The translations under genes were made by a program, and so were the position numbers. This document shows, one piece after another, positions 1-8,144 of a DNA stretch of 20,000 nucleotides (the first letter of the stretch is position 1; each line of letters opens with the position of its first letter). The notes beneath the pieces were generated by a model. The model ran no database searches, was not told the origin of the DNA, and saw only the letters and a list, made by a program, of their open reading frames with translations. Source of the stretch: an uncultured virus (IMG/VR IMGVR_UViG_3300031241_000001) (Duplodnaviria > Heunggongvirae > Uroviricota > Caudoviricetes); IMG/VR virus record IMGVR_UViG_3300031241_000001; one strand, written 5' to 3'.

Positions 1-519
1 GACCATGGCGGTCAGCTCGCTCATGGGCTTCAGCGCGTCGTCGCGGTAGAGCGTGGTCGACTGCCATTTGCGGATCGGGGTGGTCCACCGGTCGTCATCG
101 TCATCGCCCACGAGCTTGTACTCGCCGACGAAGAACTCGCCGTCCATCGCGGTGACCACGACCTCGCGATCGTCGGTCGTGAACACGAGGGCCGCGCACA
201 TGCCGCCGGTCTGCTCCAGCGCCCAGCCGAACGGACCTTCCCAGTCCATCTCGGACGCCTTGAAGCCGACCTGCTGGATCAGGGCGACGTCGTCGCGCAC
301 CCAGCACTCGCGGTGGCAAGTGGCGCACACGCCAATCAAGTGCCCTTCGGGGCGCTCGACCTCGGCGGTGAGGTCCATCGCGGTGAGGGTCTGGAGGCGC
401 TTGGCGTAGTGCTGCTCGCGGGGGCTGTCCTTGAGCGCCGCGTAGTCGCACTCGACGCAGAGCACCAGCGACCACGGCGTCCACACGCCATGGAGGGCCT
501 TGCTGTTGTCGAGCGTCAC
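1..519 (-). CDS. Hypothetical protein, runs off left edge (MTLDNSKALHGVWTPWSLVLCVECDY...CATCHREC...)
   Basis: Read manually, not in ORF track. Open frame from GTG 519 to the edge with GC-rich third positions; GTGA overlap with stop of 516-716; two CxxC pairs. Confidence 0.75.
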   Translation of the reverse strand, partial: MTLDNSKALHGVWTPWSLVLCVECDYAALKDSPREQHYAKRLQTLTAMDLTAEVERPEGHLIGVCATCHRECWVRDDVALIQQVGFKASEMDWEGPFGWALEQTGGMCAALVFTTDDREVVVTAMDGEFFVGEYKLVGDDDDDRWTTPIRKWQSTTLYRDDALKPMSELTAMV

Positions 520-716
520 CGGGCGCTCCGAACGAAGTCGCGGGCGTCACGGGCGGCCGGGTGGTCCCAGCCGAGCAGCCCTTCGATCGAGGCGACGAAG
601 TGATCCCGACGGACATTCCGAAAGCTCGGGCCTCCACCGCAGTACGCCCAGTTGCAGCGCCCATCGGTGGTCAGGCACAGGATCGCTGCACCGCCGTGCC
701 AGTTGATCCTCAGCAC
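516..716 (-). CDS. Hypothetical protein (66 aa)
   Basis: Overlaps both neighbours by 4-7 nt in a coupled leftward operon. Confidence 0.6.
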   Translation of the reverse strand: MLRINWHGGAAILCLTTDGRCNWAYCGGGPSFRNVRRDHFVASIEGLLGWDHPAARDARDFVRSAR

Positions 717-1312
717 AGCGGCACCTCCGCCTTCTTCGCCATCTCGTCGCGCCAGGCGATCACCTGACAGGACACCTCGTCGAGCGATCCGCTGAACGGG
801 TACGCCTCGCAGATGAGCTGGTTGATCTCCGAGTCCGCCGCCAACTCGCAGATTTCGTCCATGAGCCGCGCGATCTGGAGAGCCTTGAGGACGACGGCTT
901 GAGCCTTTGTTTTGTCCATGTCCTTCGACATGAGCAACGCGCGTGCCGACTCCGCCTCGCAGTGCTCACGAAGCGCCGTCGCTGTGCGCTCAAAAAACGT
1001 CGATAACAACAAGCTCGGTAGGAGCGCCTTATCGGGCACTACCGTCTCTTTGAGCGATCTTTGGGCGTGCCGATTGCAGTGCGTGATCACGTAGCGCTGC
1101 CAGTGCGCGACCACGCGGTCGGCCGAGCTGCGCGTGGCGTTGATGCGTAACACGCCGTGGAAGCTGCCGTGAAACACGACGCATTTGCCACGTAGCTTGG
1201 CGGTGAGCGGTGAGTCCTCGTTAAACGTCCACACGAGGGCCTTCTCGTCGACGGTGATTACGCCGTCGTCACGGGTGCCAAGACGCGAGTCGCTGAAGGG
1301 GGACGCGGTCAC
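710..1312 (-). CDS. Hypothetical protein (~200 aa)
   Basis: Start moved to GTG 1312 (GTGA overlap with stop at 1309-1311); the longer track ORF overlaps the upstream gene. Confidence 0.65.
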   Translation of the reverse strand: MTASPFSDSRLGTRDDGVITVDEKALVWTFNEDSPLTAKLRGKCVVFHGSFHGVLRINATRSSADRVVAHWQRYVITHCNRHAQRSLKETVVPDKALLPSLLLSTFFERTATALREHCEAESARALLMSKDMDKTKAQAVVLKALQIARLMDEICELAADSEINQLICEAYPFSGSLDEVSCQVIAWRDEMAKKAEVPLC

Positions 1313-1683
1313 GACGCGCCCCCGTACTTCTTCGCGTAGCGCTTGCCCTGCTGGACGAGTGCCTTGCGCGCGTGCGCGAGAGCCTCTTCGCGGGTCGCGT
1401 ACCAGGTCTGAGCAGAGAATGCTCCGAACCCTTGACCGTCGCGGGTCGCGATGAGCTGGACGCTGAACGGTTTGGCGCTGAAGATCAGGCGCGCCGTGCC
1501 GTGATCGATCGTGCGCCCCAGCATGTGCGGGGGGACTTCCTCGACACACGCCCAACCGTGAACCTTGCGGCGCTTCTCGTCGACCAGCGGCGTCCACTCG
1601 GCGTCGAGGCGCTCGCGCTTGACCTCCCAGGTGTCGTGGCCGAAGCGGTGGACCGACGATCCGAGAGCGACGGGCTCCTTCAT
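1309..1683 (-). CDS. Hypothetical protein (MKEPVALG..., 124 aa)
   Basis: ATG 1683 with GGGGAG upstream; ATGA overlap with 1680-1853. Confidence 0.7.
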   Translation of the reverse strand: MKEPVALGSSVHRFGHDTWEVKRERLDAEWTPLVDEKRRKVHGWACVEEVPPHMLGRTIDHGTARLIFSAKPFSVQLIATRDGQGFGAFSAQTWYATREEALAHARKALVQQGKRYAKKYGGAS

Positions 1684-1853
1684 GCCTTGCTCCCCGCCAG
1701 CGTGATCCGACGCGCCGCTTCGTTGAGGCGGTTCCGCACGTCGGTCTCCTCGCCGCTGCCCAGCTCGCGAATGAAGGTGGCGACGTCGTCGAACCGCAGG
1801 TACCGCACGCCGTGGGCCACGACGATGCGGAACTTGAACTGGGGGTCGCTCAT
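1680..1853 (-). CDS. Small hypothetical protein (MSDPQFKFRIVV..., 57 aa)
   Basis: Protein-like composition only from ATG 1853; coupled to the downstream gene. Confidence 0.65.
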   Translation of the reverse strand: MSDPQFKFRIVVAHGVRYLRFDDVATFIRELGSGEETDVRNRLNEAARRITLAGSKA

Positions 1854-1915
1854 GTGTGGGGGTAAGAGCAGCTCGCGTGCCGTGAGCGGTGTTGCGCAAG
1901 TGGCTGAGGGCAAAC

Positions 1916-2001
1916 CCTGGGTGGGAGCGCACCCGTCTCCACGCGGTCGCGGATCGTGAGGACCGCGGGGTGCTCGAGACACGGGTAGGGGGTCACCCAG
2001 G
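1916..2001 (+). repeat. Structured intergenic element, copy A
   Basis: Nested stems CCTGGGTG(1916-1923)/CACCCAGG(1994-2001), ACCCG/CGGGT, CGCGGTC(1942-1948)/GACCGCG(1961-1967); 1976-2001 matches 14837-14862 at 22/26 nt. Confidence 0.7.
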
Positions 2002-2118
2002 ACCTGCCGGATTGCCGACGAGCTTCGTCGATCGATCGGGTTATCGATGTAGATCAACACGGGGCGCACGCTCGCTCGGGTGCAAGTGATAGCAGAACGA
2101 GTGCAAGCGTGGGTAGGG

Positions 2119-2538
2119 CTATTCAGCTGCTTCGGCGGCCTTCATGGCGGCGAGGATGCGAGAGATCTGCTTCGCGTCGAGGGGGTGCCCCTTGCGGTTG
2201 ACGAAGTTTCTCTCGAAGAGCGTGCGTGCGATGTCGCGGAGCCCCCGGCCCTCGGCGTGGAGCTTCTTGACCTCGGTGATCAAGCGTTGCTCGTACCGCG
2301 AGGGCTTGAGCTTCTTGGTGTCCTCGTCGGCGTCTAGTCCGTAGGGCAGGTTGCCGTTGAACTTGAGGCCCTTCGCACGTAGCCCTTCGACCGCGGCGAT
2401 CGTGCTCGTGCTGATCAGCTTACGCAGGGCTTGGTTCTCGGCGAGGAGCTCGCGGTAGGCGTCGCGCAGCTCGTCGGCGCTCGCGGCGGCGATCTCGCCT
2501 TCAGTGAGACCGAGCGGCTGCGGAGGCACGAAGGTCAT
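2119..2538 (-). CDS. Stand-alone serine-recombinase-type DNA-binding (Recombinase domain-like) protein, no catalytic domain
   Basis: GLKFNGNLPYG...EQRLITEVKKLHAEGRGLRDIARTLFERNFVNRKGHPLDAKQISRIL matches the PYG...E..I..I..L...G.S.R.IA..L...R.G.....V.RIL pattern; no YxRVS catalytic motif; start ATG 2538. Confidence 0.7.
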   Translation of the reverse strand: MTFVPPQPLGLTEGEIAAASADELRDAYRELLAENQALRKLISTSTIAAVEGLRAKGLKFNGNLPYGLDADEDTKKLKPSRYEQRLITEVKKLHAEGRGLRDIARTLFERNFVNRKGHPLDAKQISRILAAMKAAEAAE

Positions 2539-2697
2539 CCTAGCGAAGTGGAGGGGTCTCGACCACCTGTGGTGTGACAACACGGGGCCTGTTGTCACCA
2601 GCAATCAATAACTTGGGCTGCATGACGTCCTACAGCAAACCAGGACACTCAATTGAATCGGTATTCAAGTCACTGATGATTCTGGTAGGTTCTGCCG
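2539..2697. promoter_or_regulatory. Divergent control region with two palindromes and a candidate leaderless rightward promoter
   Basis: Relatively AT-rich; GTGACAACA-N7-TGTTGTCAC (2574-2598); TTGAAT-N4-ATTCAA (2653-2668); TGG-TAGGTT (2686-2691) 6 nt before ATG 2698. Confidence 0.6.
2556..2576 (-). repeat. Structured intergenic element, compact copy F
   Basis: Minus strand reads CACACC-aca-GGTG-gtc-GAGAC; no outer stem seen. Confidence 0.4.
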
Positions 2698-3138
2698 ATG
2701 CCGATGGACTTGTTCGCCGGAATCAGGAGTTCGTCGACGCACTCTCGTCTCGAAGTACGGGAGGACGCGATTCGCCTGACGCCCCTTGAGATGGACGTGA
2801 TCGTCGCGCTCGAGGCGCGCGCCCGAGCAGCCCTGGAGGATCCGAACGGCTCCCCTACCAACGCCGAGTTCGTCGCAGCTGCCAGTCCGACCGTCGTCCT
2901 GGCGTTGATCGCGAAGGTGCGCGAGCTGAACGCTTCGCTCGTTGCGACGCGAGAGCACGCGGACGACGCTCCGCTGCCGGACTTCAGCGTCCGCGTCGCG
3001 ATCATGGGACCTGAGGGTCCCGGGAAGACGGCCATTGTCCGGGCGGTCCTCGAACAACTCGTGCAGCCGGGTCGGTACGAGGGCGATTCGATTGGGTACC
3101 TCCGCGACGGTCAGCTCGCGCGTGTGGTCGTCGAGTGA
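2698..3138 (+). CDS. Ead/Ea22-like phage protein with C-terminal Walker-A-like segment
   Basis: NAEFVAAASPTVVLALIAKVREL resembles the Ead/Ea22 NAxFIAAAxPxxVLALL motif; VAIMGPEGPGKT near the C-terminus. Confidence 0.6.
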   Translation: MPMDLFAGIRSSSTHSRLEVREDAIRLTPLEMDVIVALEARARAALEDPNGSPTNAEFVAAASPTVVLALIAKVRELNASLVATREHADDAPLPDFSVRVAIMGPEGPGKTAIVRAVLEQLVQPGRYEGDSIGYLRDGQLARVVVE

Positions 3139-3407
3139 TCGACTACAGACCGGTCTACGAGGCGATCCGCGCGAAGCTCTCTGCCGAGACGGCGGTGCGC
3201 GCAGGGCGCTCTGTCGAAGAGTGGATCCTGGCCGAGCGCGAGTGCGTGATGCGCGAGGTCAACCGCCAGCGCGGGCTGCTGGCCTACGACCCCGTCGGGA
3301 TTGGGGTCGTCGAGCGTGCCGAGCGCATGGCCGTCGGGCACAGCGACTACGTCTCGAAGTACGCGCACGCGGCGGCGGACCTGGTGTTCCGCAAGGAGCC
3401 CACGTGA
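3135..3407 (+). CDS. Hypothetical protein (90 aa)
   Basis: GTGA overlaps at both ends; GC3-rich codons. Confidence 0.75.
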   Translation: MIDYRPVYEAIRAKLSAETAVRAGRSVEEWILAERECVMREVNRQRGLLAYDPVGIGVVERAERMAVGHSDYVSKYAHAAADLVFRKEPT

Positions 3408-3685
3408 GCCTCGAACCTGAGGGCTTCGTCATTCGTACGGCGGAAGCAACGGCCGCCGAGAAGAAGGAAGCTGTCGAGCGCCTCAAGCTCGTGCTGCCGC
3501 ACCTCTTCATCGCCGCGAACATGGCCCGTCTCGAAGTCCCGCAAGGGAAGGTCTTCCTCGCGACCATTGCGAAGAATCCTGACGGCAGCGGTCGTGTCAC
3601 GGCCTCATTCGAGGCCGAGGCGTTCCTTCGAGACGTCGAAGCGCTCGTCGGGCCGTTGCTGTCGTCCCGTGAGGAGCCCGCGTGA
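3404..3685 (+). CDS. Hypothetical protein (MSLEPEGFVIR..., 93 aa)
   Basis: AAGGAG then GTG 3404 overlapping the previous stop. Confidence 0.7.
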   Translation: MSLEPEGFVIRTAEATAAEKKEAVERLKLVLPHLFIAANMARLEVPQGKVFLATIAKNPDGSGRVTASFEAEAFLRDVEALVGPLLSSREEPA

Positions 3686-3912
3686 CGCCCGTCGCGCGCG
3701 AAGCCTTCCGCGACGTCAAGGGGTCCGAAGGGCGATCAAAGGTAAAGAACCCCGTTGGCGGCCCACTGACGGCGTGCGTTGCCTGCGGGCGCGTCTTGCG
3801 CGCCAGCAAGAACGGACACCCGCGCAAGCATTCACCCGTCATCCGCGGGCGTCGCACGGACTACGGACAGGGCGTTTGTGACGGCACGTTCATGCCGGGG
3901 GAACCCCCGTGA
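3682..3912 (+). CDS. Small Cys/His protein (CxxC...H...C)
   Basis: GAGGAG RBS, GTGA overlaps; CVACGR...RKH...VCDG. Confidence 0.65.
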   Translation: MTPVAREAFRDVKGSEGRSKVKNPVGGPLTACVACGRVLRASKNGHPRKHSPVIRGRRTDYGQGVCDGTFMPGEPP

Positions 3913-4400
3913 CTCAGAGGAGATCGATGAAGGACTCGCTGCCGAAGTGCGCTGTGCTGACCTGCCCTAACGCGGCGGACCCTCGCTGGTTCGCGCGTGA
4001 CGTGAACGGTCACGCCGTCATGATCTGCGATGGGCACGATCTGACGCCGACGGCGGACGAGGTCACCGTCCGACCGCCGGACCCCTCCGCGTACGACCTC
4101 GCGGAGCGCATCATCTACAACGGGTACCGCCCGACAGCAGAGGAGGAGGTCGAACGCATCGCCGTTGCGCTGATCGCGGAGACTGCGCGCGTAAAAGAGC
4201 GCGACGCGGAGTTGGCCGAGCTGCGCGACCTCGCAGACCTCGTGGACGACGCCGACATCCTCGCACTGCCCCCCGAGTTGCGGGAGGTGCGCCTGCGCTG
4301 GGTCGCGACAAGGTGCCATCAGCATCAGGAACAGGAAGTGGCTACCGGGGTGATCAACGACCCCACGAAGACGTCCCCGCGTCGCGCGTCGGATGCGTGA
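3909..4400 (+). CDS. Hypothetical protein with N-terminal Cys/His cluster
   Basis: Coupled both sides; CAVLTC...ICDGH; alternative ATG 3927 with GAGGAG. Confidence 0.7.
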   Translation: MTQRRSMKDSLPKCAVLTCPNAADPRWFARDVNGHAVMICDGHDLTPTADEVTVRPPDPSAYDLAERIIYNGYRPTAEEEVERIAVALIAETARVKERDAELAELRDLADLVDDADILALPPELREVRLRWVATRCHQHQEQEVATGVINDPTKTSPRRASDA

Positions 4401-4900
4401 CCCCGTCGATGCAGACGACCAGCTACTTTGACGACCGTCCGGACGCCCGCTTCTACATGGCTGACGTCGACGGCGTGATCGTGTCGATTCGCGAGAACCT
4501 GCCGACGTACGGCGTCACCGATGGGGAAGTCTGGGCAGCGTGCCGGATCCAGGAGCGTCTCCTCTCGCAGCGCTTCGTGTCGGTCGAGCGCGCGCGGAGC
4601 GACCTCCCGCGCTGCGTCCGCTACTGGATCGGCGCGCGTGCGGACATGCCGACGATCGGTGCGTGGGTGCCCCTCCGTCGCGAGGAGTACGCGGTGGGTT
4701 GCCCCGTCTGCGCGGCGACGCGGGGTCAGGCGTGCCTCGACGAAGAGGGCGCACCCCTGCTCGAGCGGAAGGGTGCGCTGCACGTCGTCGGGGCTCCATG
4801 GCAACCGGACCCGCACGTCGTCGAAGTGGAGTGCGCGCCGCTCGTCCACGCTGGACGAATCACGGCGCACCAGCGATCGCTGCGTGGAGAACGGCGATGA
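4397..4900 (+). CDS. Hypothetical protein with zinc-finger-like motif
   Basis: GTG 4397 overlap; CPVCAATRGQAC...VHAGR (CxxC-C-H type). Confidence 0.7.
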   Translation: MTPSMQTTSYFDDRPDARFYMADVDGVIVSIRENLPTYGVTDGEVWAACRIQERLLSQRFVSVERARSDLPRCVRYWIGARADMPTIGAWVPLRREEYAVGCPVCAATRGQACLDEEGAPLLERKGALHVVGAPWQPDPHVVEVECAPLVHAGRITAHQRSLRGERR

Positions 4901-5103
4901 GTTGCGTTTGTCGTTCTTGCGGCAGACTCTCACTACCGGAAGTCGTCGGGCGTCAGATGAAGACCGCCTACGCATAGCGCATGTCGGATGAGGAGCGCGC
5001 CGAGGCGGTGAAGGATCTGTCGAGGACCGTGAGAGAACGGGACGAGCCCGCTGTTCGAGTTCCGAGCGTCAACTGCTCGGGCAAGTTCCACATTTCAAGA
5101 TGA
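4897..5103 (+). pseudogene. Small ORF interrupted by in-frame TAG (or two tiny ORFs)
   Basis: MSCVCRSCGRLSLPEVVGRQMKTAYA-TAG(4975-4977)-RMSDEERAEAVK...HISR-TGA, all in one frame; GGAG RBS and ATGA overlap at the start. Confidence 0.4.
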
Positions 5104-5132
5104 GCATCAACTGCTCCGCCAGAACCTAGCAC

Positions 5133-5693
5133 ATGAAGATCCTTTTTTTGGACATCGACGGCGTGCTCAACCACAGCGCCACGCGCCACAGCTCACCGAC
5201 GACCGCAGAGCCGTTGCCGATCCCGATCGCCCCGGAGTGCATGGTGCGGCTCAACCGGCTGGTCGTCGAGACGGGCGCGAAGATCGTCATCTCGTCGAGT
5301 TGGCGCTTGTTCGCCCGGTGGCAGGATCTTGGACCGGCGCTCGTGCGCCACGGCCTGGTCGCCGACGTGGTCGGCGAGACTCCGTACCTCGTGAATGACG
5401 CAACCTGGCTCGAAAATTGGCGCCTGCGCGAGGGCTCCCCGTTCACGTTCGAGCACCTTGAGCGCGGCTGGGAGATCCGCGAGTGGATCGCCGCGCACCC
5501 CGAGGTAACGGCGTTCGTCATCCTCGACGACTGCTCGGACATGGACGAGTTGAAGCCATGGCTCGTGCTCACGCACCCCATCGACGGGCTCGACGACCCG
5601 GACGTCGAGCGCGCGAAGTGGCTGCTGGAGCGATCTGCCGCAGGCATCGTGCTGGCCAGAGAGCGTGCCCTTGGGACAGCTAATGAGGTATAG
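5133..5693 (+). CDS. HAD-superfamily phosphatase, Swiss-Army-Knife RNA-repair-like (HAD_SAK_2)
   Basis: MKILFLDIDGVLN (motif I), KIVISSSWR, RGWEIREW, FVILDD, DGL. Confidence 0.85.
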   Translation: MKILFLDIDGVLNHSATRHSSPTTAEPLPIPIAPECMVRLNRLVVETGAKIVISSSWRLFARWQDLGPALVRHGLVADVVGETPYLVNDATWLENWRLREGSPFTFEHLERGWEIREWIAAHPEVTAFVILDDCSDMDELKPWLVLTHPIDGLDDPDVERAKWLLERSAAGIVLARERALGTANEV

Positions 5694-5870
5694 TGAAACT
5701 AGCTCGCACTCCGCGCTTCGGCTTGGGAGATCGAGACACCGAGGGCAGCCGCGCCGCAGGGTTCTGGGCTCCTCCTCATCGGACGAAGTGACCCGTCGAA
5801 GACTCCTGGGAAGGATGTCCGAACTTCCGCGTCTTCGACGTTTCAAACTCGACATGACGGAGAACCCACA
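5689..5870 (+). promoter_or_regulatory. Candidate promoter and structured 5' leader of the vWA gene (includes element copy C)
   Basis: TATAGT 5689-5694; CACTCC(5707-5712)-gcUUCGgc-GGAG(5726-5729)-atc-GAGAC(5733-5737); 10-bp stem CGTCGAAGAC(5794-5803)/GTCTTCGACG(5831-5840); GGAG RBS before GTG 5871. Confidence 0.6.
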
Positions 5871-7373
5871 GTGAAGATCCAAGCTCGTTTCACGCACGAC
5901 AAGGTGCGCTTCAACAAGACCAACGACGTCCACCTCGTGGTGAGCCTCAAGGCACCCAAGCTCGACTGGGAGACCAAGCGCCCCCGGGTCTGCATCATTC
6001 CCATCATCGACGTCTCGGGTTCGATGATGGGTGAGAAGCTCGACTTCGCGAAGAAGACGATCCTCAAGCTCGTCGATCACCTGAGTCCCGGCGACTACTG
6101 CGGCCTCGGCGCGTTCGCGACCGAGGTCCACGAGATCCAGGCCCCCGTCGAGATGACGCAGGCGTCGAAGGACGCGCTGAAGAATCGCATCGGAGACCTG
6201 TGCTCCACGAGCACCACGAACTTCTCGGGCGGCCTCGAGCTGGGCCTCAAGTGGGGCGGCAAGGTCGACGTCGGCAAGGACGTGCTCGTCCGCGTCATCA
6301 TGCTGACCGACGGCTGCGCGAACCACGGGGTCACCAGCGCCGAGGGCCTCGCGAAGATCGTCGACACCCGCGGCAAGACCACGGTGTCCTGCTTCGGCTA
6401 TGGCACGGACGCCAACCAGGAGCTGCTAGCGGACCTCGCGAAGAGGGGTGGAGGCAACTATGCCTTCATCAAGCACCCGGATGAGGCGCTCTCGGCCTTC
6501 GGGAAGGAGCTGGGCGGCCTGCTTTCGACGTACGCGCAGAGCATCGTGATCGACCTCGCGCCGCACAACGGCCACAAGATCGAGGGCGTCATCAGCGACG
6601 TCGACGTCGAGGAGAAGGACGGCAAGGTCGTCATCAAGCTCGGGGACCTCCTCTCCGAGGAGGAGCGCCACGTCGTCATCGCGATGAAGCTCTCGGAGCA
6701 GGCCCAGGCGCTGCCCCGCGAGATGAACATCGCGGACGTGAAGGTCGACTACGACCTGCTCGTCGACGGCAAGCGCGAGCATCGCCAGGTGGAGCTGAAG
6801 GCGAAGCTCCGATTCGTGAAGGGAGGCGAGGAGCAGGAGAAGCCGACGCAGGAGGTCGACCAGATCGTCGGTCTCGCCCAGGTCGGCCAGGCGCAGGTCG
6901 AGGCCGAGGAGTTCGCCAAGAAGGGTGACTTCAAGAGTGCGGTCGCGCGCATGGGCGCGATGGCCGCCGCGCTCGACGGCCGCGGGCACGACAAGCTCGG
7001 GGCCTTCGCCAAGGGCATCCAATCGCGGGTCATCTGCCAGACGAACTACGCTTCGAGCCAGGGCTACCTCCGCAGCTCGAAGGGGTACTCGGCTCGAGGC
7101 ATGAGCGTCTCGAAGATGGACGGCGACCTGGAGCACGAGCTCGTGTCGTCGGGACTGAGCGCTGACTTCGCGATGGCGAACGCTGCGCAGTCCAGCACGG
7201 CGAGCAGCTTCGAGGCCGCTGTTCAGAAGGGCGGCAACGACCTCGCGGCGATCGCGGGCTCGATGGTGGTCCCCGGGACCCTGCCGCCGCCCGTCTCGGC
7301 GGAGGCTGCGAAAGCCGCGAAGAAAGAGGCGCCGAAGAAGAGCGTCTCGAAGTCCAGATCGAGCCGTTGGTAG
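5871..7373 (+). CDS. von Willebrand factor type A (vWA) domain protein
   Basis: MIDAS DVSGS, TNFSGGL, MLTDG, GGGNYAFI; strongly biased codons; basic low-complexity tail. Confidence 0.9.
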   Translation: MKIQARFTHDKVRFNKTNDVHLVVSLKAPKLDWETKRPRVCIIPIIDVSGSMMGEKLDFAKKTILKLVDHLSPGDYCGLGAFATEVHEIQAPVEMTQASKDALKNRIGDLCSTSTTNFSGGLELGLKWGGKVDVGKDVLVRVIMLTDGCANHGVTSAEGLAKIVDTRGKTTVSCFGYGTDANQELLADLAKRGGGNYAFIKHPDEALSAFGKELGGLLSTYAQSIVIDLAPHNGHKIEGVISDVDVEEKDGKVVIKLGDLLSEEERHVVIAMKLSEQAQALPREMNIADVKVDYDLLVDGKREHRQVELKAKLRFVKGGEEQEKPTQEVDQIVGLAQVGQAQVEAEEFAKKGDFKSAVARMGAMAAALDGRGHDKLGAFAKGIQSRVICQTNYASSQGYLRSSKGYSARGMSVSKMDGDLEHELVSSGLSADFAMANAAQSSTASSFEAAVQKGGNDLAAIAGSMVVPGTLPPPVSAEAAKAAKKEAPKKSVSKSRSSRW

Positions 7374-7399
7374 GGACTCGGAATGACGATGGAGGCGAC

Positions 7400-7621
7400 A
7401 TGCTGAGTCTGCACGGGCATCTGTGGTGGATCCCGCACGATCGTATTCGCTCGCTGTCGGCGAGCGACCTCGCAGTGCTCCGCATGTGTCGCGTCCTGAC
7501 CCTGTTCATGGTCGCGGCGATCGTCTACGTCGTCGTGATCGTGAGCGGCGTCGGCGCGCGTGCCGAGCGTGATCGTTTGCGCCGCCAGATCGAGCGTTGC
7601 GGCTGCACGGAGGCGCAGTGA
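7400..7621 (+). CDS. Small membrane protein
   Basis: GGAGG before ATG 7400; hydrophobic VLTLFMVAAIVYVVVIVSGV. Confidence 0.65.
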   Translation: MLSLHGHLWWIPHDRIRSLSASDLAVLRMCRVLTLFMVAAIVYVVVIVSGVGARAERDRLRRQIERCGCTEAQ

Positions 7622-7875
7622 GTCCAGACGTGAACGAGGTCCCGCAGGTGTACACGCGCACCTGCGCGGGCTACGTCGCCTTCGCCGACCAGGGAATCGA
7701 GGTCTGCGAGACGTGCGGCGGGTGCACGTGCTGCGAATACGCGGACGTCGACCACCGCGGGGCTCGCTACCGGTGCCTGCTCGACCGCGAGGGTAAGAAG
7801 TGCCTGCTTGTCGGCAGCAAGATCGAGCACGACTGCGCGAGAGACGCGGACCCCGAGGGAGTGCTCTCACCGTGA
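7618..7875 (+). CDS. Cys-rich hypothetical protein
   Basis: GTGA overlap; CETCGGCTCC plus further Cys. Confidence 0.65.
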   Translation: MSPDVNEVPQVYTRTCAGYVAFADQGIEVCETCGGCTCCEYADVDHRGARYRCLLDREGKKCLLVGSKIEHDCARDADPEGVLSP

Positions 7876-8144
7876 TCACGTACACGATCGGTGAAGGTGG
7901 GGGCCCCATCCATCGCGGCATCCCGTCGCTCGACGCGGCGATCTCCATCCTGGGAGACATGGTGCGCTACGACGACGCGGGCGAAGGCTCCGGGAACGTG
8001 CGCACCACGCGCGTGGTGACGCTCGACTACGTGGAGGACAAGCTCAATAAATACTGGCAGGTGTCCGATCAATATGGACGGCCCGTCTTGGTCATCAGCG
8101 AAGAGCGGCGTTGCGCCCGCAACCGGGGAGCGCGCGGTGCGTAA
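7872..8144 (+). CDS. Hypothetical protein (90 aa)
   Basis: GTG 7872 overlapping the previous stop; GC3-rich. Confidence 0.65.
   Translation: MITYTIGEGGGPIHRGIPSLDAAISILGDMVRYDDAGEGSGNVRTTRVVTLDYVEDKLNKYWQVSDQYGRPVLVISEERRCARNRGARGA

Noticed and set aside
1905..2010. GGGCAAACCC (c-di-GMP-I-like) and CCAGGACCTGCC (cobalamin B12-box-like) words
   Set aside because: The remaining conserved elements of each riboswitch are absent and the orientation is antisense to flanking genes.
5143..5149. T7 run at the start of the HAD gene as a phase-variation tract
   Set aside because: Short, in frame, and explained by Leu-Phe-Leu codons.
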